A stretch of DNA of 64,000 bases from a virus (lineage: Duplodnaviria > Caudoviricetes). The position numbers were made by a program, and so were the translations under genes. The stretch lies in IMG/VR virus record IMGVR_UViG_2931439988_000001, positions 120 through 64,119 of that record; one strand, 5' to 3'. Every line of letters begins with the position of its first letter. Position 1 is the first letter of the stretch. The notes beneath the pieces were generated by a model. That model searched no databases, was not told the DNA's origin, and worked only from the letters and a program-made list of their open reading frames with translations. Shown here piece after piece: positions 1-9,854 of this stretch.

Positions 1-1384
1 GTTCGATTGATCTTCTTTTATCATCATTGGGTAGCTCGTTAATCAGTTCAGAGAATTCTTGTATTGCATCGTTGTAATCTCCGAATGACTTCGATTGCGG
101 CAAAGGAATTTTATCTAACAATTCCAAAATCTCAGCTTTACGTTTTCCATATCTTCTCATGGACAACTCGTAATGATGCTCTTCAATTTTGTTATGAAGA
201 TAATAATCATCGAAAATCTTTTGTTCTGCATTGTTAATGTTGGCAAGTTCATCTTGAAGTTTAGAGAATGAATTATTGTTGTCAGAATCTTCTTTCATTT
301 CAGGTATCAAAGATTCATAACCATATTTTTTCTCTGCCATGTTAGCAATCAGATTTATGACTGCTGCTTCAAAACTTTCTTGATCATGGTTTGGACTGGA
401 GCAAGATATCGCTCCCATGGATGTTTTACGGCTACATACATATTTTCTCTTCTGTTTAGAATGGGACATGTAACGAGAATGCATTTTAGATCCGCACTCT
501 GGACAGATAAGGACAGAAGTGAGTAGTTGCCTTTCTTTTCCTTTCCATGCTTTGTCTTTCCCAAACAGCGTGGATTGGATGTAATTGAAATCATCCCAAG
601 AGACGAGAACAGGGCACACAAGGAGCTTATAGCATTCACCCTTCCAACGTTGCATAGCAGCGTAAGTTGGGTTTGTAAGCATATACCTAACCCTTCTAGC
701 GGTCCATTCTTTACCTGTCAGCGAGTAAACCTTTTGTTCATTTAACCATCTAGCTATCAGATATGGTCCTTTTCCTAGCTTCGCCATTCGAAAAATCTCT
801 CTTACGTAATAAGCACGTTCCGGAACTTCCTCGAATCCCATACCATCTGCTGTTTTCACAAAGCCGAATGGGGCAGGACCGCCATTCCAGCGACCTTTCT
901 TAGCGTTTGTTTCTTTGGAATCGTTTACTATCTCGCTGAGGTTGTCTGAATAATATTCATTGAGATCGACAAAGAAGCCAGCAACAAGACGTCCATTTGG
1001 TGTACTAAAATCCACAAACTCAGAAGCTGAACAAATATCAACTTGGTGAGAATTCAGGATTCCCTGTAACTCTTGAAAGTCTTTCTTTAGCCTTGTTAGA
1101 CGAGATAGATTGAAGAAAATCATCTTTCTCACTTTGGGTCTATCCTCAATGCATTTCAAAGCATCCATCAAGCCAGGACGTTTTGTGTACTTAATTCTAA
1201 AACCGGAGTAGTCAATATCTTTAAATACTTTGACTAGTTTAAAATTGTTGGACTCACAAAACTGTTCAATCTTTCTTAATTGCGTAAGCTCCGATATATC
1301 CTCTTTATCTTGACGCTGATCACTTTGTCGTATATATCCGATCGCTTCTATTTCTTCATTCGTTTCACGGGCTCGTACCACCAT
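1..1384 (-). CDS. Large serine recombinase (prophage integrase), 3' end outside window
   Basis: Hand translation from ATG 1384 (RBS AAAGGAGGTG) stays open to base 1: MVVRARETNEEIEAIGYIRQSDQRQ (YxRxS catalytic motif), FFNLSRLTR, GRWNGGPAPFG recombinase domain, CPECG...YVC zinc ribbon, then coiled coil. Confidence 0.95.
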   Translation of the reverse strand, partial: MVVRARETNEEIEAIGYIRQSDQRQDKEDISELTQLRKIEQFCESNNFKLVKVFKDIDYSGFRIKYTKRPGLMDALKCIEDRPKVRKMIFFNLSRLTRLKKDFQELQGILNSHQVDICSASEFVDFSTPNGRLVAGFFVDLNEYYSDNLSEIVNDSKETNAKKGRWNGGPAPFGFVKTADGMGFEEVPERAYYVREIFRMAKLGKGPYLIARWLNEQKVYSLTGKEWTARRVRYMLTNPTYAAMQRWKGECYKLLVCPVLVSWDDFNYIQSTLFGKDKAWKGKERQLLTSVLICPECGSKMHSRYMSHSKQKRKYVCSRKTSMGAISCSSPNHDQESFEAAVINLIANMAEKKYGYESLIPEMKEDSDNNNSFSKLQDELANINNAEQKIFDDYYLHNKIEEHHYELSMRRYGKRKAEILELLDKIPLPQSKSFGDYNDAIQEFSELINELPNDDKRRSIE

Positions 1385-1417
1385 ATATTTCACCTCCTTT
1401 CCAGAGGCCCGTAAATT

Positions 1418-2152
1418 CTAATATCTCCGTCTAACTTCTACAACTTTACCGATAATTTCAACTTTAGATGCATCAACTATAGTCGGCTGCAGCTTAGGGT
1501 TTGAAGGCATCAATATGCAAATCTCATTTTGACACTTAATTCTTTTTACTGTTGCTGTTTCTCCATCGATAGCTACTACAACAATATCATTAGCGCTCAC
1601 TTCTTTTTGCTTAACACAAACCACAATATCACCTTCAACAATATTATCCCCAATCATGCTATCGCCCTTGATCCGAAGACAAAATGCTTGCTTTCCTCTA
1701 ACGACTGAAGCATTAACATATTCCATATCTTCTATATGTTCAATTCTGTCAATAGGTTGTCCCGCAGCAATAGAACCGAGAACTGGCACCTTTACGAGAT
1801 TTTCAGCTATGTATTGTGCAGGCGTTTCCTCTATTACTAATGCTTGGGCATATTCTTTTTTGAGATCTTTCAATTTATCCAATTTCATGAACTTCTCTTT
1901 TATTTCTTCAGGAGCTTTTTCGATTAGTGCAGCAGTCAATAGTTTTTCAACATCTCCACCTGTTACAGCAGCGAGTGCTCTATTGAGTTCTGAGGTTGCT
2001 GGGTTGTCTGTTTTCCCATTTTGCAATTGGCTAATATAGCCTTTGCTCACCTTATATCCGTGACCCTCAAGCCGTTCAGATATCTCGGATAGGGATAACC
2101 CGGATTTTTTTATGTAATCTTTCAGCAACTCATAGTAAGTCAATTGAGACAC
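1418..2152 (-). CDS. LexA/CI-like phage repressor (HTH + S24 self-cleaving peptidase)
   Basis: N-terminal XRE HTH; GSIAAGQP Ala-Gly cleavage site, KGDSMI catalytic Ser, TVKRI catalytic Lys. Confidence 0.93.
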   Translation of the reverse strand: MSQLTYYELLKDYIKKSGLSLSEISERLEGHGYKVSKGYISQLQNGKTDNPATSELNRALAAVTGGDVEKLLTAALIEKAPEEIKEKFMKLDKLKDLKKEYAQALVIEETPAQYIAENLVKVPVLGSIAAGQPIDRIEHIEDMEYVNASVVRGKQAFCLRIKGDSMIGDNIVEGDIVVCVKQKEVSANDIVVVAIDGETATVKRIKCQNEICILMPSNPKLQPTIVDASKVEIIGKVVEVRRRY

Positions 2153-2169
2153 TCCTTTCGTTTGATTAC

Positions 2170-2248
2170 ATTGTACTAAACGTTTCAGTAATAAGTCAAC
2201 ATTATTTATGTTTTAACTATTGACTGAAACGATATAAGCGTTTAGTAT
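2170..2248. promoter_or_regulatory. Divergent lysis/lysogeny switch promoters with operator half-sites
   Basis: + strand TTGACT(2220)-17-TAGTAT; - strand TTGACT-18-TACAAT; repeated ACT(G)AAACG/CGTTT(C)AGT motifs overlapping both. Confidence 0.6.
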
Positions 2249-2289
2249 TTGGTTAACGATATCGTTTACTGTTAAATAAACGGTAGGGG

Positions 2290-2586
2290 GTGATTGAAAA
2301 TATGAAAACGAAGTATGCGAACCTTTTGAGGGACGCGGTCGTTGAAAGCAACTTGACTTATTCGAAGATCATTGACAAATGCAAAGAAAAAGGCGTTTCT
2401 TTCTCTGGTTCTTATCTGAGTAAGCTATGCACTGGTTGGATGCCACCGCCGTCAGATGATATCAATAGAGCATTGGCGGAAGTCTTATCTCCTGTGTCTT
2501 CTATAACCTATGAAAAATTAGCTTTGGCGAAGTATAAGGAAATAATACCCGCAGATATATTGGAAGCAATAGCTGCTGGGCAATAA
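2290..2586 (+). CDS. Cro-like HTH regulator (start may be 2302)
   Basis: Divergent from the repressor; HTH resembles the repressor N-terminus (FSGSYLSKL...NRALAEV). Confidence 0.8.
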   Translation: MIENMKTKYANLLRDAVVESNLTYSKIIDKCKEKGVSFSGSYLSKLCTGWMPPPSDDINRALAEVLSPVSSITYEKLALAKYKEIIPADILEAIAAGQ

Positions 2587-2598
2587 AGGGAGGGCACC

Positions 2599-2733
2599 AT
2601 GAAACGCCTTGAAGAGATCCTCGGAGAAATGCAAAGTCTTGATGTAGATCCGTTGCGAATTGACGAAGAAATTAAAAAGCTTGAAAGTGAATTGTCAAAT
2701 TTCCTAAATCAGGAGGTTCAGCATGGTGAATAA
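2599..2733 (+). CDS. Small hypothetical protein, 44 aa
   Basis: RBS GGGAGG; MKRLEEILGEMQSLDVDPLRIDEEIKKLESELSNFLNQEVQHGE. Confidence 0.6.
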   Translation: MKRLEEILGEMQSLDVDPLRIDEEIKKLESELSNFLNQEVQHGE

Positions 2734-2845
2734 AAAGTTGTTGGAGCCGTATGAGCGTGAATTCATTAAGATTCTAGCAAGACAGGCTCGGCGCAACATG
2801 GAGAAGAAGTTACAAGGACTTCCTCAGAAAAAAACAGCTAATTGA
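2723..2845 (+). CDS. Small basic hypothetical protein, 40 aa
   Basis: RBS AGGAGG; MVNKKLLEPYERDFIKILARQARRNMEKKLQGLPQKKTAN. Confidence 0.6.
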   Translation: MVNKKLLEPYEREFIKILARQARRNMEKKLQGLPQKKTAN

Positions 2846-2877
2846 TTTGAATAAGAAATTTAGAAAGGAGCCTTGAA

Positions 2878-4017
2878 TTGAAGATCAAAATTGACCAAAT
2901 CAAAGTAAGCGATCGAATTCGTAAAGACTTCGGAGGAATCGAAGAACTGGCGAATGACATCGAACAAAACGGTCTCATTAATCCTATAGTAGTAACCCCA
3001 GATCATCAGTTAATTGCAGGAGAGCGCCGCTTGCGTGCTCATCAGTATCTGGGACGCAAAGAGGTTATAGTCCGAGTGATGGAAATCAGTGACTTTGAAC
3101 ATCAGCTTCGGCTTGAAATATCTGAGAACGAGCACCGGAAAGAATTTACCTTCTCCGAAAGAGTTGAATGGGCTAAACGGCTGGAAGAAGTCGAACGGAT
3201 AAAGGCCAAGGAACGGATGGCAGGAGGCAAGGAAAATGTTCCTGAGCAGCCTGCCGGACAGGTTCGCGATATTGTAGCTGATCAAGCAGGCTTTGGATCA
3301 GGTAGAACCTATGACAAAGCCAAGTTCATTATGGAAAACGCCACGCCGGAAATCATTCAGCAGCTTGACGCAGGGATCATTTCCACACACAAAGCATATG
3401 TGGAGACAAAAGATCGACTTGAAGCTGCTTTGCAAGAGGCCGAGGCTCGGGCTAACCAAGCAGAACAAGAGAAGGAAGAACTTCAGCGCCGTTACAAGGA
3501 TGCGATTCCAGCCGATCAGGTGGACGAAGCAGTAGCAGCGGCAGTAGAACGCCGAGATGAAGAGACAGAAGTTCTTCTCGAACAGAAAGCTCAGGAAGCT
3601 GAACGGAAGATTAAAGAGCGTGACCAATACTGGAAAGCCAAGCTTCAGGATGATGTCGAAACGGAGCGCCTAAAGGTTGATGAATTGAAAGCTGGCTATC
3701 AAAGGGCAAAGGAAGAACTGGAAACTCTTAAACTTCAGCAGCCCAGTGACTTCGATGAACAGTACGCTAACGCTCAGATGAAGAAGCTTCGTTTTGAAAC
3801 AGATTCCAACACGGCTCAAGTGAACTATCACGTTAAACAGTTCCTTCAAAAGGTAGGTATCACATCATTCATGCTTGGTGCAGTATCTGGAGCGAGTACA
3901 AGCGAGAAAAAACGGCTGTCAGAGAGTCTTGATATGCTTCAAACATTTATCGATCAAATGCGTCCAGCAATTAACTCCAGGAAGGTGGTAAACCCAAATG
4001 ACTTTAATGAATCCTAA
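2878..4017 (+). CDS. ParB/Srx N-terminal domain protein with long coiled coil
   Basis: IEELANDIEQNGLINPIVV...LIAGERRLRA, ENEHRKEF; RBS AAAGGAG. Confidence 0.88.
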   Translation: MKIKIDQIKVSDRIRKDFGGIEELANDIEQNGLINPIVVTPDHQLIAGERRLRAHQYLGRKEVIVRVMEISDFEHQLRLEISENEHRKEFTFSERVEWAKRLEEVERIKAKERMAGGKENVPEQPAGQVRDIVADQAGFGSGRTYDKAKFIMENATPEIIQQLDAGIISTHKAYVETKDRLEAALQEAEARANQAEQEKEELQRRYKDAIPADQVDEAVAAAVERRDEETEVLLEQKAQEAERKIKERDQYWKAKLQDDVETERLKVDELKAGYQRAKEELETLKLQQPSDFDEQYANAQMKKLRFETDSNTAQVNYHVKQFLQKVGITSFMLGAVSGASTSEKKRLSESLDMLQTFIDQMRPAINSRKVVNPNDFNES

Positions 4018-4426
4018 TCAGCCTGACTTCTTATCGGTTGTTGAAAGACAGATGCAGTTAACTGAAGCTCAAGGTATGGCGATACGCGGTTTGGTGGATG
4101 GCATCAGACAGATGCAAGAGGATGTAGCAGAAAAGGTTGGAGAAGTCCAAATGATGGTTCAGGAGGTCCGGGACAGCGTAACGCTGACGGATGCAGAGTG
4201 CTACCAACTCCAGTCTCTTGTCCGCAAGAAGTCAAACTCGTTAACAAAGGACAGGTATAAAGAGTCTGACGAGAAATTCAAGGTCCTGGTTGGTCGTTAT
4301 CGTAGGATGGTCTGGAGTAAACTGAAAGATCGGTTTGAGGTAGCGAAATACAGCCATGTACGGCGTATCGACTTTGATGACGCAGTTGATTTCATTAAGG
4401 AGTTTCGGCCGGAAGACTACATCTGA
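3998..4426 (+). CDS. ORF6C-domain (antirepressor-associated) protein
   Basis: C-terminal VWSKLKDRFEVAKYSHVRRIDFDDAVDFIKEF pattern. Confidence 0.75.
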   Translation: MTLMNPNQPDFLSVVERQMQLTEAQGMAIRGLVDGIRQMQEDVAEKVGEVQMMVQEVRDSVTLTDAECYQLQSLVRKKSNSLTKDRYKESDEKFKVLVGRYRRMVWSKLKDRFEVAKYSHVRRIDFDDAVDFIKEFRPEDYI

Positions 4427-4544
4427 TCTAATAGGAGTTGAAACCGATGAGATTAAAATTCATGACGCTTGACGATTTGGCGCGTATCTGGTCACACAAA
4501 CCTTTGCAACATGAAATTATTCAGAGAAACATTGCCAAAAAGAA

Positions 4545-4907
4545 ATGATGATTCGTGCTCAGAAGTTAATGCAAACCAGAATGTTGCGAAGAAAGATCAG
4601 GGATTTATGTGATGAGGCAATCGATGCGCTCTCAATGGAACTTAATATTAAATTCATCAAAAAGAAAATAAAAGTGCTCCGTAACGATCTTGAAAAGTTG
4701 GAACGTTCAATAGATAAGAACGCAGAATATGAAGGTCTGATCTGGAAAGAGCCATCAGGCTATAAGATTGAAGGGGCAGTGATTGGATTGTGTAAACACT
4801 GTGATAGAGAAGTATTCTCAGGCCAGAAGTTTCCTGATCCAAAAGAAGAAGGACTCTTTTGTAACTACTATTGCAGAAGAGTCTACCGCAACAACAGTAA
4901 CAAATGA
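4545..4907 (+). CDS. Hypothetical protein with C-terminal Cys motifs
   Basis: ORF in early operon; CKHC...FCNYYC. Confidence 0.6.
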   Translation: MMIRAQKLMQTRMLRRKIRDLCDEAIDALSMELNIKFIKKKIKVLRNDLEKLERSIDKNAEYEGLIWKEPSGYKIEGAVIGLCKHCDREVFSGQKFPDPKEEGLFCNYYCRRVYRNNSNK

Positions 4908-5005
4908 GTCCTTAAGTTAATCGTGCTACCAACACGATCATTTGAAAAACAATTCAACGGAATTATATCACGGAAATTAAATAATGCAAATAGGAGGTCT
5001 GCTCT

Positions 5006-6166
5006 GTGAAAGGAAACAAGGATTTCACTGTATGGGGCACAAGTCTTGCTGTTAGAGGAGATAAAGAAATATCTCATCCCACTTTCATTAGCATGTTAGA
5101 CATGATGAAAGGAAGAGGCTTCACTATTGGATCAGATCCACATATTGATCGTAATTACTCACTTCTTTCAAAAGATCATTTTGCAGGAAGTAAGGGTGAT
5201 CTGCTCTTCGTAGCAGAGAAATATAACTGTGGCGCAAAAATTGAATTCTATCAAGAAATAAATGTTGAGAATCGAAACGGTGGAAGATACGACTTTGATA
5301 AATTCGATAAGATGTCGTATCTGCTGCAAAAACGATTCTTGGTGGAAATAAAACACATGGAACATTTTTTGATGAGTGAAGGATACTCTTGTGACACTGA
5401 GCCAGTTTTGAAAACGTCCCACGAAAAGGTATTTCATGAACTCAACTCATCAAGCAGACATTGGAGTTCCGAAAATCTTCCTGGTTATAACGCTTTGGAC
5501 AAGGATGGGAAGAGAATATCCAATGGCGAAGTGAAGTATTTCAGAGATCGAAAAGGAACGCTCATGCGTGGCACTGTCTATCACAATATCAACAATATGT
5601 GGTGGACTATCCTGAATAAAGACACGTACAGAAACCTGGCATGTTTCGAATTATTTGACCTTACAACAAAACCTGAGAACAGTGTAAGAAAACTGTCGAA
5701 GAGATCAGGGCATCACAATCCCAAATCTAGGTTCGTTCCCACTGAAGAAAATTTAAAACAGTATAAGTCGTTAGCTAAGCAAGCAGGGAGGTTTGGTAGA
5801 GCAGATTTAGCTAATAGAGTATTGGTTTATCTGTATGAAATAAATTGGATGTCTCGTAAATTCGAGTTTATCAAGAAAGAAAATGGACGTCTTGGATTAG
5901 TAGAGACAGAAGGGAATCCATACTTCATGGGACAGCGTATTGGAGAAAGGAAGTATGATCCTCCCCAAGCAGTAAAGTTATACTCGCGCAACTTACCAAT
6001 GTCGAGTACAGAAGCATCATGGATTACAGGACTGCGTGACTATGTTACAGGTGGGAAGCCCACTATTTCAAAATGGTTCTGTAAGGATGGAAACGGAGAA
6101 GGTGGACAGGCTTACCTTTGGCCGGAGGTTAGGGAACAATTACTCCATATTGGAGCGCATGTATAA
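5006..6166 (+). CDS. Hypothetical phage early protein, 386 aa
   Basis: Long ORF, RBS AGGAGG, GTG start. Confidence 0.75.
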   Translation: MKGNKDFTVWGTSLAVRGDKEISHPTFISMLDMMKGRGFTIGSDPHIDRNYSLLSKDHFAGSKGDLLFVAEKYNCGAKIEFYQEINVENRNGGRYDFDKFDKMSYLLQKRFLVEIKHMEHFLMSEGYSCDTEPVLKTSHEKVFHELNSSSRHWSSENLPGYNALDKDGKRISNGEVKYFRDRKGTLMRGTVYHNINNMWWTILNKDTYRNLACFELFDLTTKPENSVRKLSKRSGHHNPKSRFVPTEENLKQYKSLAKQAGRFGRADLANRVLVYLYEINWMSRKFEFIKKENGRLGLVETEGNPYFMGQRIGERKYDPPQAVKLYSRNLPMSSTEASWITGLRDYVTGGKPTISKWFCKDGNGEGGQAYLWPEVREQLLHIGAHV

Positions 6167-6173
6167 GTAAGGA

Positions 6174-6581
6174 GTGACTGCATTGTCTCTACAAAAACAA
6201 TATACGCTAGGCGAGTTATACAGCCTAGCTGAACAGTGCAGTCACGATTATCCGGCTACACTGGCTCGGAAGATTGAGTTTTTGACTGAGGTACAGGTTA
6301 TTTTGGGCCGTAGAGCTGCTGAAGCAGTGAGAGACTATAAACGTATCTACGCCCAGAGAAAGCGTGAGTATGCAGAAGCATACCTTGCTGCTGGCAAAGA
6401 CAAAGCTCAGCGTGCGGAGCTGGCAATCATTGAGATTCGTCTTAAGGAAGCTGATGCTGAGGCAGACAAGGTTCGCTGGCATAACGCAGTGGAAAGTAAT
6501 GATCAGGTTATCAATTCGTTGAAATATAGCTTGAAGGTTCTTCTGGCGGAATTCAACAATCCAGCCAGTGGAAAGAGATAG
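6174..6581 (+). CDS. Hypothetical coiled-coil protein
   Basis: ORF directly upstream of the replication initiator. Confidence 0.7.
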   Translation: MTALSLQKQYTLGELYSLAEQCSHDYPATLARKIEFLTEVQVILGRRAAEAVRDYKRIYAQRKREYAEAYLAAGKDKAQRAELAIIEIRLKEADAEADKVRWHNAVESNDQVINSLKYSLKVLLAEFNNPASGKR

Positions 6582-6599
6582 TAATCAGAATTTTCCGGG

Positions 6600-7634
6600 G
6601 TGAGGAGAGTGGCAAGTCCCCAGTTAAAGAATGGATTCATCGGGATTGCTAATGAAATATGGGATGAGATAATCAGCCGGAAGTTCACAGAAAGGCAACA
6701 AAAGATTCTCAAGCTGATTCTAAGGCTGTCGTATGGCTGCCAGAAGAAAGAGGCAGTTATCCCCCTCTTGAAGCATTTTGAACTATGTGGAGTACGCATA
6801 CAAGACGCTAAAAAAGAGATCACTTACTTGGGACAATGTAAGGTGATTTATTGGGATGGCAAACAGGTCTATTCTCTCAACAAAAACTATGATGAATGGC
6901 GTGTCAGTCTTGTGAAAGAGTGGGATCGTGAGAAGTTTTCAGAACTTATCTCTTTAAATATAGGAAATAAAAAAGTTACGAAAAGTGTAACTCCAGAAAG
7001 TGAAGAGCATGACGAAAGTTACGAAAAGTGTAACTCCGAAGTTACGAAAAGTGTAACTGATGAGTTACGAAAAGTGGAAGTCGAAGAGGTCTCAATCCCT
7101 TGCGGGAGTAAGGCTGAAGGCACCTCTAAAGACATGTTTAAAGACAGTATTAAAGTTAGTTGTTGTTTAGAAGATCCCGATTCGGTCTTTAAACCATACA
7201 TGGGAAACCCGGATTCTGTTCCTAAAACCGAAGCAGATACTGACTCTGATCGGGAGGTTTCCCCAATGGAGTATCGCAATCAAGTTGCAGCTCGATATCT
7301 CCAGAGAAAAGGCAAGGGACTTGAGATTACTTTTAATGACGAGGATGCTGTCAATGAATTCATAGCTGAGAGGATTCCGCTCCAAACAGTTATCGATGGT
7401 ATTGACCAATCGTTTGACAATTTTAAACCCAAGAACAAATGGGATCAGATACGAAACCTGAGTTACTGTGCAACGGTTGTATATTCGTTGCATGCCAAAC
7501 GCGAAAAATCAAACACAGCGGAAATGCAAATAGCGACTATCATACCAGATGCGTCGATTGAAACGGTATCAAACGTGACCGCAGATGATTTAAAAGAGTT
7601 GCTTGCTAATCTAAGGTCAAAGCAAGGAGTGTGA
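6600..7634 (+). CDS. Phage replication initiator (lambda O-like N-terminus)
   Basis: GFIGIANEIWDEI...FTERQQKILKLILRLSYG, VYSLNKNYDEW; internal iteron repeats; upstream of helicase loader. Confidence 0.85.
   Translation: MRRVASPQLKNGFIGIANEIWDEIISRKFTERQQKILKLILRLSYGCQKKEAVIPLLKHFELCGVRIQDAKKEITYLGQCKVIYWDGKQVYSLNKNYDEWRVSLVKEWDREKFSELISLNIGNKKVTKSVTPESEEHDESYEKCNSEVTKSVTDELRKVEVEEVSIPCGSKAEGTSKDMFKDSIKVSCCLEDPDSVFKPYMGNPDSVPKTEADTDSDREVSPMEYRNQVAARYLQRKGKGLEITFNDEDAVNEFIAERIPLQTVIDGIDQSFDNFKPKNKWDQIRNLSYCATVVYSLHAKREKSNTAEMQIATIIPDASIETVSNVTADDLKELLANLRSKQGV
6974..7076. repeat. Four iterons AGTTACGAAAAGTGTAACT (probable replication origin)
   Basis: Exact 19-mers at 6974, 7017 and 7040, plus a 14-nt partial at 7063; each has AGTTAC/GTAACT inverted ends. 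Confidence 0.85.
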
Positions 7635-7638
7635 GTGT

Positions 7639-8595
7639 ATGGGCAGCTTTCAAGAAGAGTTAAGGGCGCTGATCCCTCCTGATTTTGCAGAAAGACGACA
7701 GGCAGCTATCCAGAAGATTGATACGCACCCTGAGATTCAGCGACTCAGACAGGCTTATCCTGATCGTTCAGGCGACCTGATAAGCCCAAGAAGATACAGG
7801 GATGTGTCAGAGCATCTTGCTCAATGTGATGCATGCGCGGCGTGTCCTGGTTTAAGAGACTGCCTGAACGTCCAGAAGGGTCACAGGAGCGTTGAAGAAC
7901 CTAACCCTAATAAACAGGACGAGCTGGTGTTTAGGCTCAGGAAATGCAATTTATTAAAGGCCTACGAGAGACAGCAAGGGATTGGTCAGAGAATCAAAAG
8001 CCATTTTATACCCGCTCACATTTTGGACGCGACCTTTGATGACATCGAACCTGATCCGCAACGCTTACCCGCCATTACGGCGGCGGTTAAATTCTGTAGC
8101 ACATTTGTTCCAGGGCAAACGACAGAAGGGTTGTACCTTTACGGCCCGATGGGTGTAGGTAAAAGCCTGATCGCTGGAGCGATTGCTCAAGAACTTGCCA
8201 AATGTGACATAGATGTTCTCATGGTTTATGTCCCGGATTTTCTACTTGAAGTCAAGGATGCTATTGGTTCCAAAACAGAAACAGTTGAGAGCAAACTTGA
8301 TTCTCTCCGGACAGCATCTGTACTGATACTTGATGATATTGGAGCTGAGACATTAACCATCTGGACAAGGGATGAAGTAATAGGTCCTATACTCCAGCGA
8401 CGCATGGAGCGGCTTCCCACAATCTACACATCCAATTTGACTATCAAAGAATTGAGACATCACTTGGCTAATGTAAAGGATGCCAAGGAGATGGACAGAA
8501 GGCAGCACGAGAAAAAAGCGGAGCGAATTATTGAACGGATTGAGCCTTTTGTAAAAATACTGCCAGTAGGCGGAAGAAATAGACGGAGGGGATAG
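7639..8595 (+). CDS. dnaI: DnaI/DnaC-like helicase loader (AAA+ ATPase)
   Basis: N-terminal Cys zinc motif, Walker A GPMGVGKS, Walker B LILDDIGAE, PTIYTSN. Confidence 0.9.
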   Translation: MGSFQEELRALIPPDFAERRQAAIQKIDTHPEIQRLRQAYPDRSGDLISPRRYRDVSEHLAQCDACAACPGLRDCLNVQKGHRSVEEPNPNKQDELVFRLRKCNLLKAYERQQGIGQRIKSHFIPAHILDATFDDIEPDPQRLPAITAAVKFCSTFVPGQTTEGLYLYGPMGVGKSLIAGAIAQELAKCDIDVLMVYVPDFLLEVKDAIGSKTETVESKLDSLRTASVLILDDIGAETLTIWTRDEVIGPILQRRMERLPTIYTSNLTIKELRHHLANVKDAKEMDRRQHEKKAERIIERIEPFVKILPVGGRNRRRG

Positions 8596-8599
8596 TAGG

Positions 8600-8743
8600 A
8601 TGTGTAAAACTTGTGGTGGTGCAACGGTAAAATATCAATTTGTCGGTGCAATGATGATGCTTGGTCCATGCCCTGAATGTAATCCAAAGGCGAAAAAAGA
8701 AGTGAAGGAGGGAACCCGACCTTATGAAAATAATCGTAGATAG
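8600..8743 (+). CDS. Small zinc-finger protein, 47 aa
   Basis: MCKTCGG...GPCPECNP; RBS GGAGGGG. Confidence 0.65.
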   Translation: MCKTCGGATVKYQFVGAMMMLGPCPECNPKAKKEVKEGTRPYENNRR

Positions 8744-9854
8744 TGAGTTATTGGTTGAAGCTCTAGAAGATGCGAGCAAGGCCATTTCAAGTAAAAATCT
8801 CATGCCTATTTTGGATTGTTTCTTGATCGAGGCAAACAGCGAAGGATTGAAGGTTACTGGGACGGATACACGTACAACGATTCAGTCGTACATCTTCATC
8901 AAAGACGTCCAGGTGGAGGTAAATGGACAAATTGCTATCCCTAAACTGTTATTGGAAATGATGAAGAAGCTCAATGGTGATGTGAGTATTGAAACAAAGG
9001 GAACAACCGCAATCATCAGGTCCCGAAAGAAAGAAATCGACATGGGCGTTTTTGATCCGGAGGAATTCCCGCAAGTGCCGACTATTGACGATAGTGAGTT
9101 GTTTGAGACTACTGGCAAGGAACTCAGGAGACTATTCAAAAAGGCAACGTATGCAGCCGATCCTACGGGTAAAAATGCGGCAATACTCGCAGGAGCACAC
9201 ATCTATATCGATGACGGTTTGATTGGTATTGAAGCGACAGATAGACATCGACTTGCGAAAACGGAGTATGCCACAGATGTTGCTAAATTAGGCGGAGCTG
9301 TTATTGAGGCCAAGGCACTCGGGGATCTCCAAAAGATAATTTTGGATAAAGACAATATCGAATTTGGTTTCTCGAAGTCTGCTGGAGGAGAAGTGGTCCA
9401 CGTATTTGCGAGAACGGACAGATTCACTTTTTACTCCAGGGTACTGGAAGGTGCCTTCCCGGATGTGAGCCGGATGTCAGTTGTGCCAGAGGGTGTCACC
9501 AAAATAACAGTAGATAAAAAAGAGTTAATGAATTGTCTTGAAATGATTTACACACTCGCAAAGGAAGACAAACACAACAAAATTATTCTTAACATCTCAG
9601 AAGATGAAATGAGTATTCGAGGACAAGGGAAAGAGACTGGCAAGGCAAGTGAAAGCATTGTTCCTCTGTCGTTTAGCGGTGAGGATTTCGCTGTTGCCTT
9701 AAACTCAAAATACTTCATGGATGCCATCAAAGCATTGGATGGAGATCAAGTAACTTTGGTGTGCTCAGGTAAAGTCAAACCTATCTATATTCTGGATGAG
9801 AGTGATGAAAGATCGGTTCACATTGTACTTCCTTATAGGACGGAAGAAGTGTAA
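8724..9854 (+). CDS. dnaN: DNA polymerase III beta sliding clamp (phage-encoded)
   Basis: 376 aa; SKNLMPILDCFLIEA, EATDRHRLA, SRVLEGAFPD, LNSKYFMDAIKAL, IVLPYR. Confidence 0.92.
   Translation: MKIIVDSELLVEALEDASKAISSKNLMPILDCFLIEANSEGLKVTGTDTRTTIQSYIFIKDVQVEVNGQIAIPKLLLEMMKKLNGDVSIETKGTTAIIRSRKKEIDMGVFDPEEFPQVPTIDDSELFETTGKELRRLFKKATYAADPTGKNAAILAGAHIYIDDGLIGIEATDRHRLAKTEYATDVAKLGGAVIEAKALGDLQKIILDKDNIEFGFSKSAGGEVVHVFARTDRFTFYSRVLEGAFPDVSRMSVVPEGVTKITVDKKELMNCLEMIYTLAKEDKHNKIILNISEDEMSIRGQGKETGKASESIVPLSFSGEDFAVALNSKYFMDAIKALDGDQVTLVCSGKVKPIYILDESDERSVHIVLPYRTEEV

Noticed and set aside
355-745. ORF-track ORFs 355-639 (-) and 527-745 (+)
   Set aside because: They are alternative frames of the serine integrase gene
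6974-7076. Mini-CRISPR array
   Set aside because: Spacers of 4-24 nt inside a coding sequence; fits iterons
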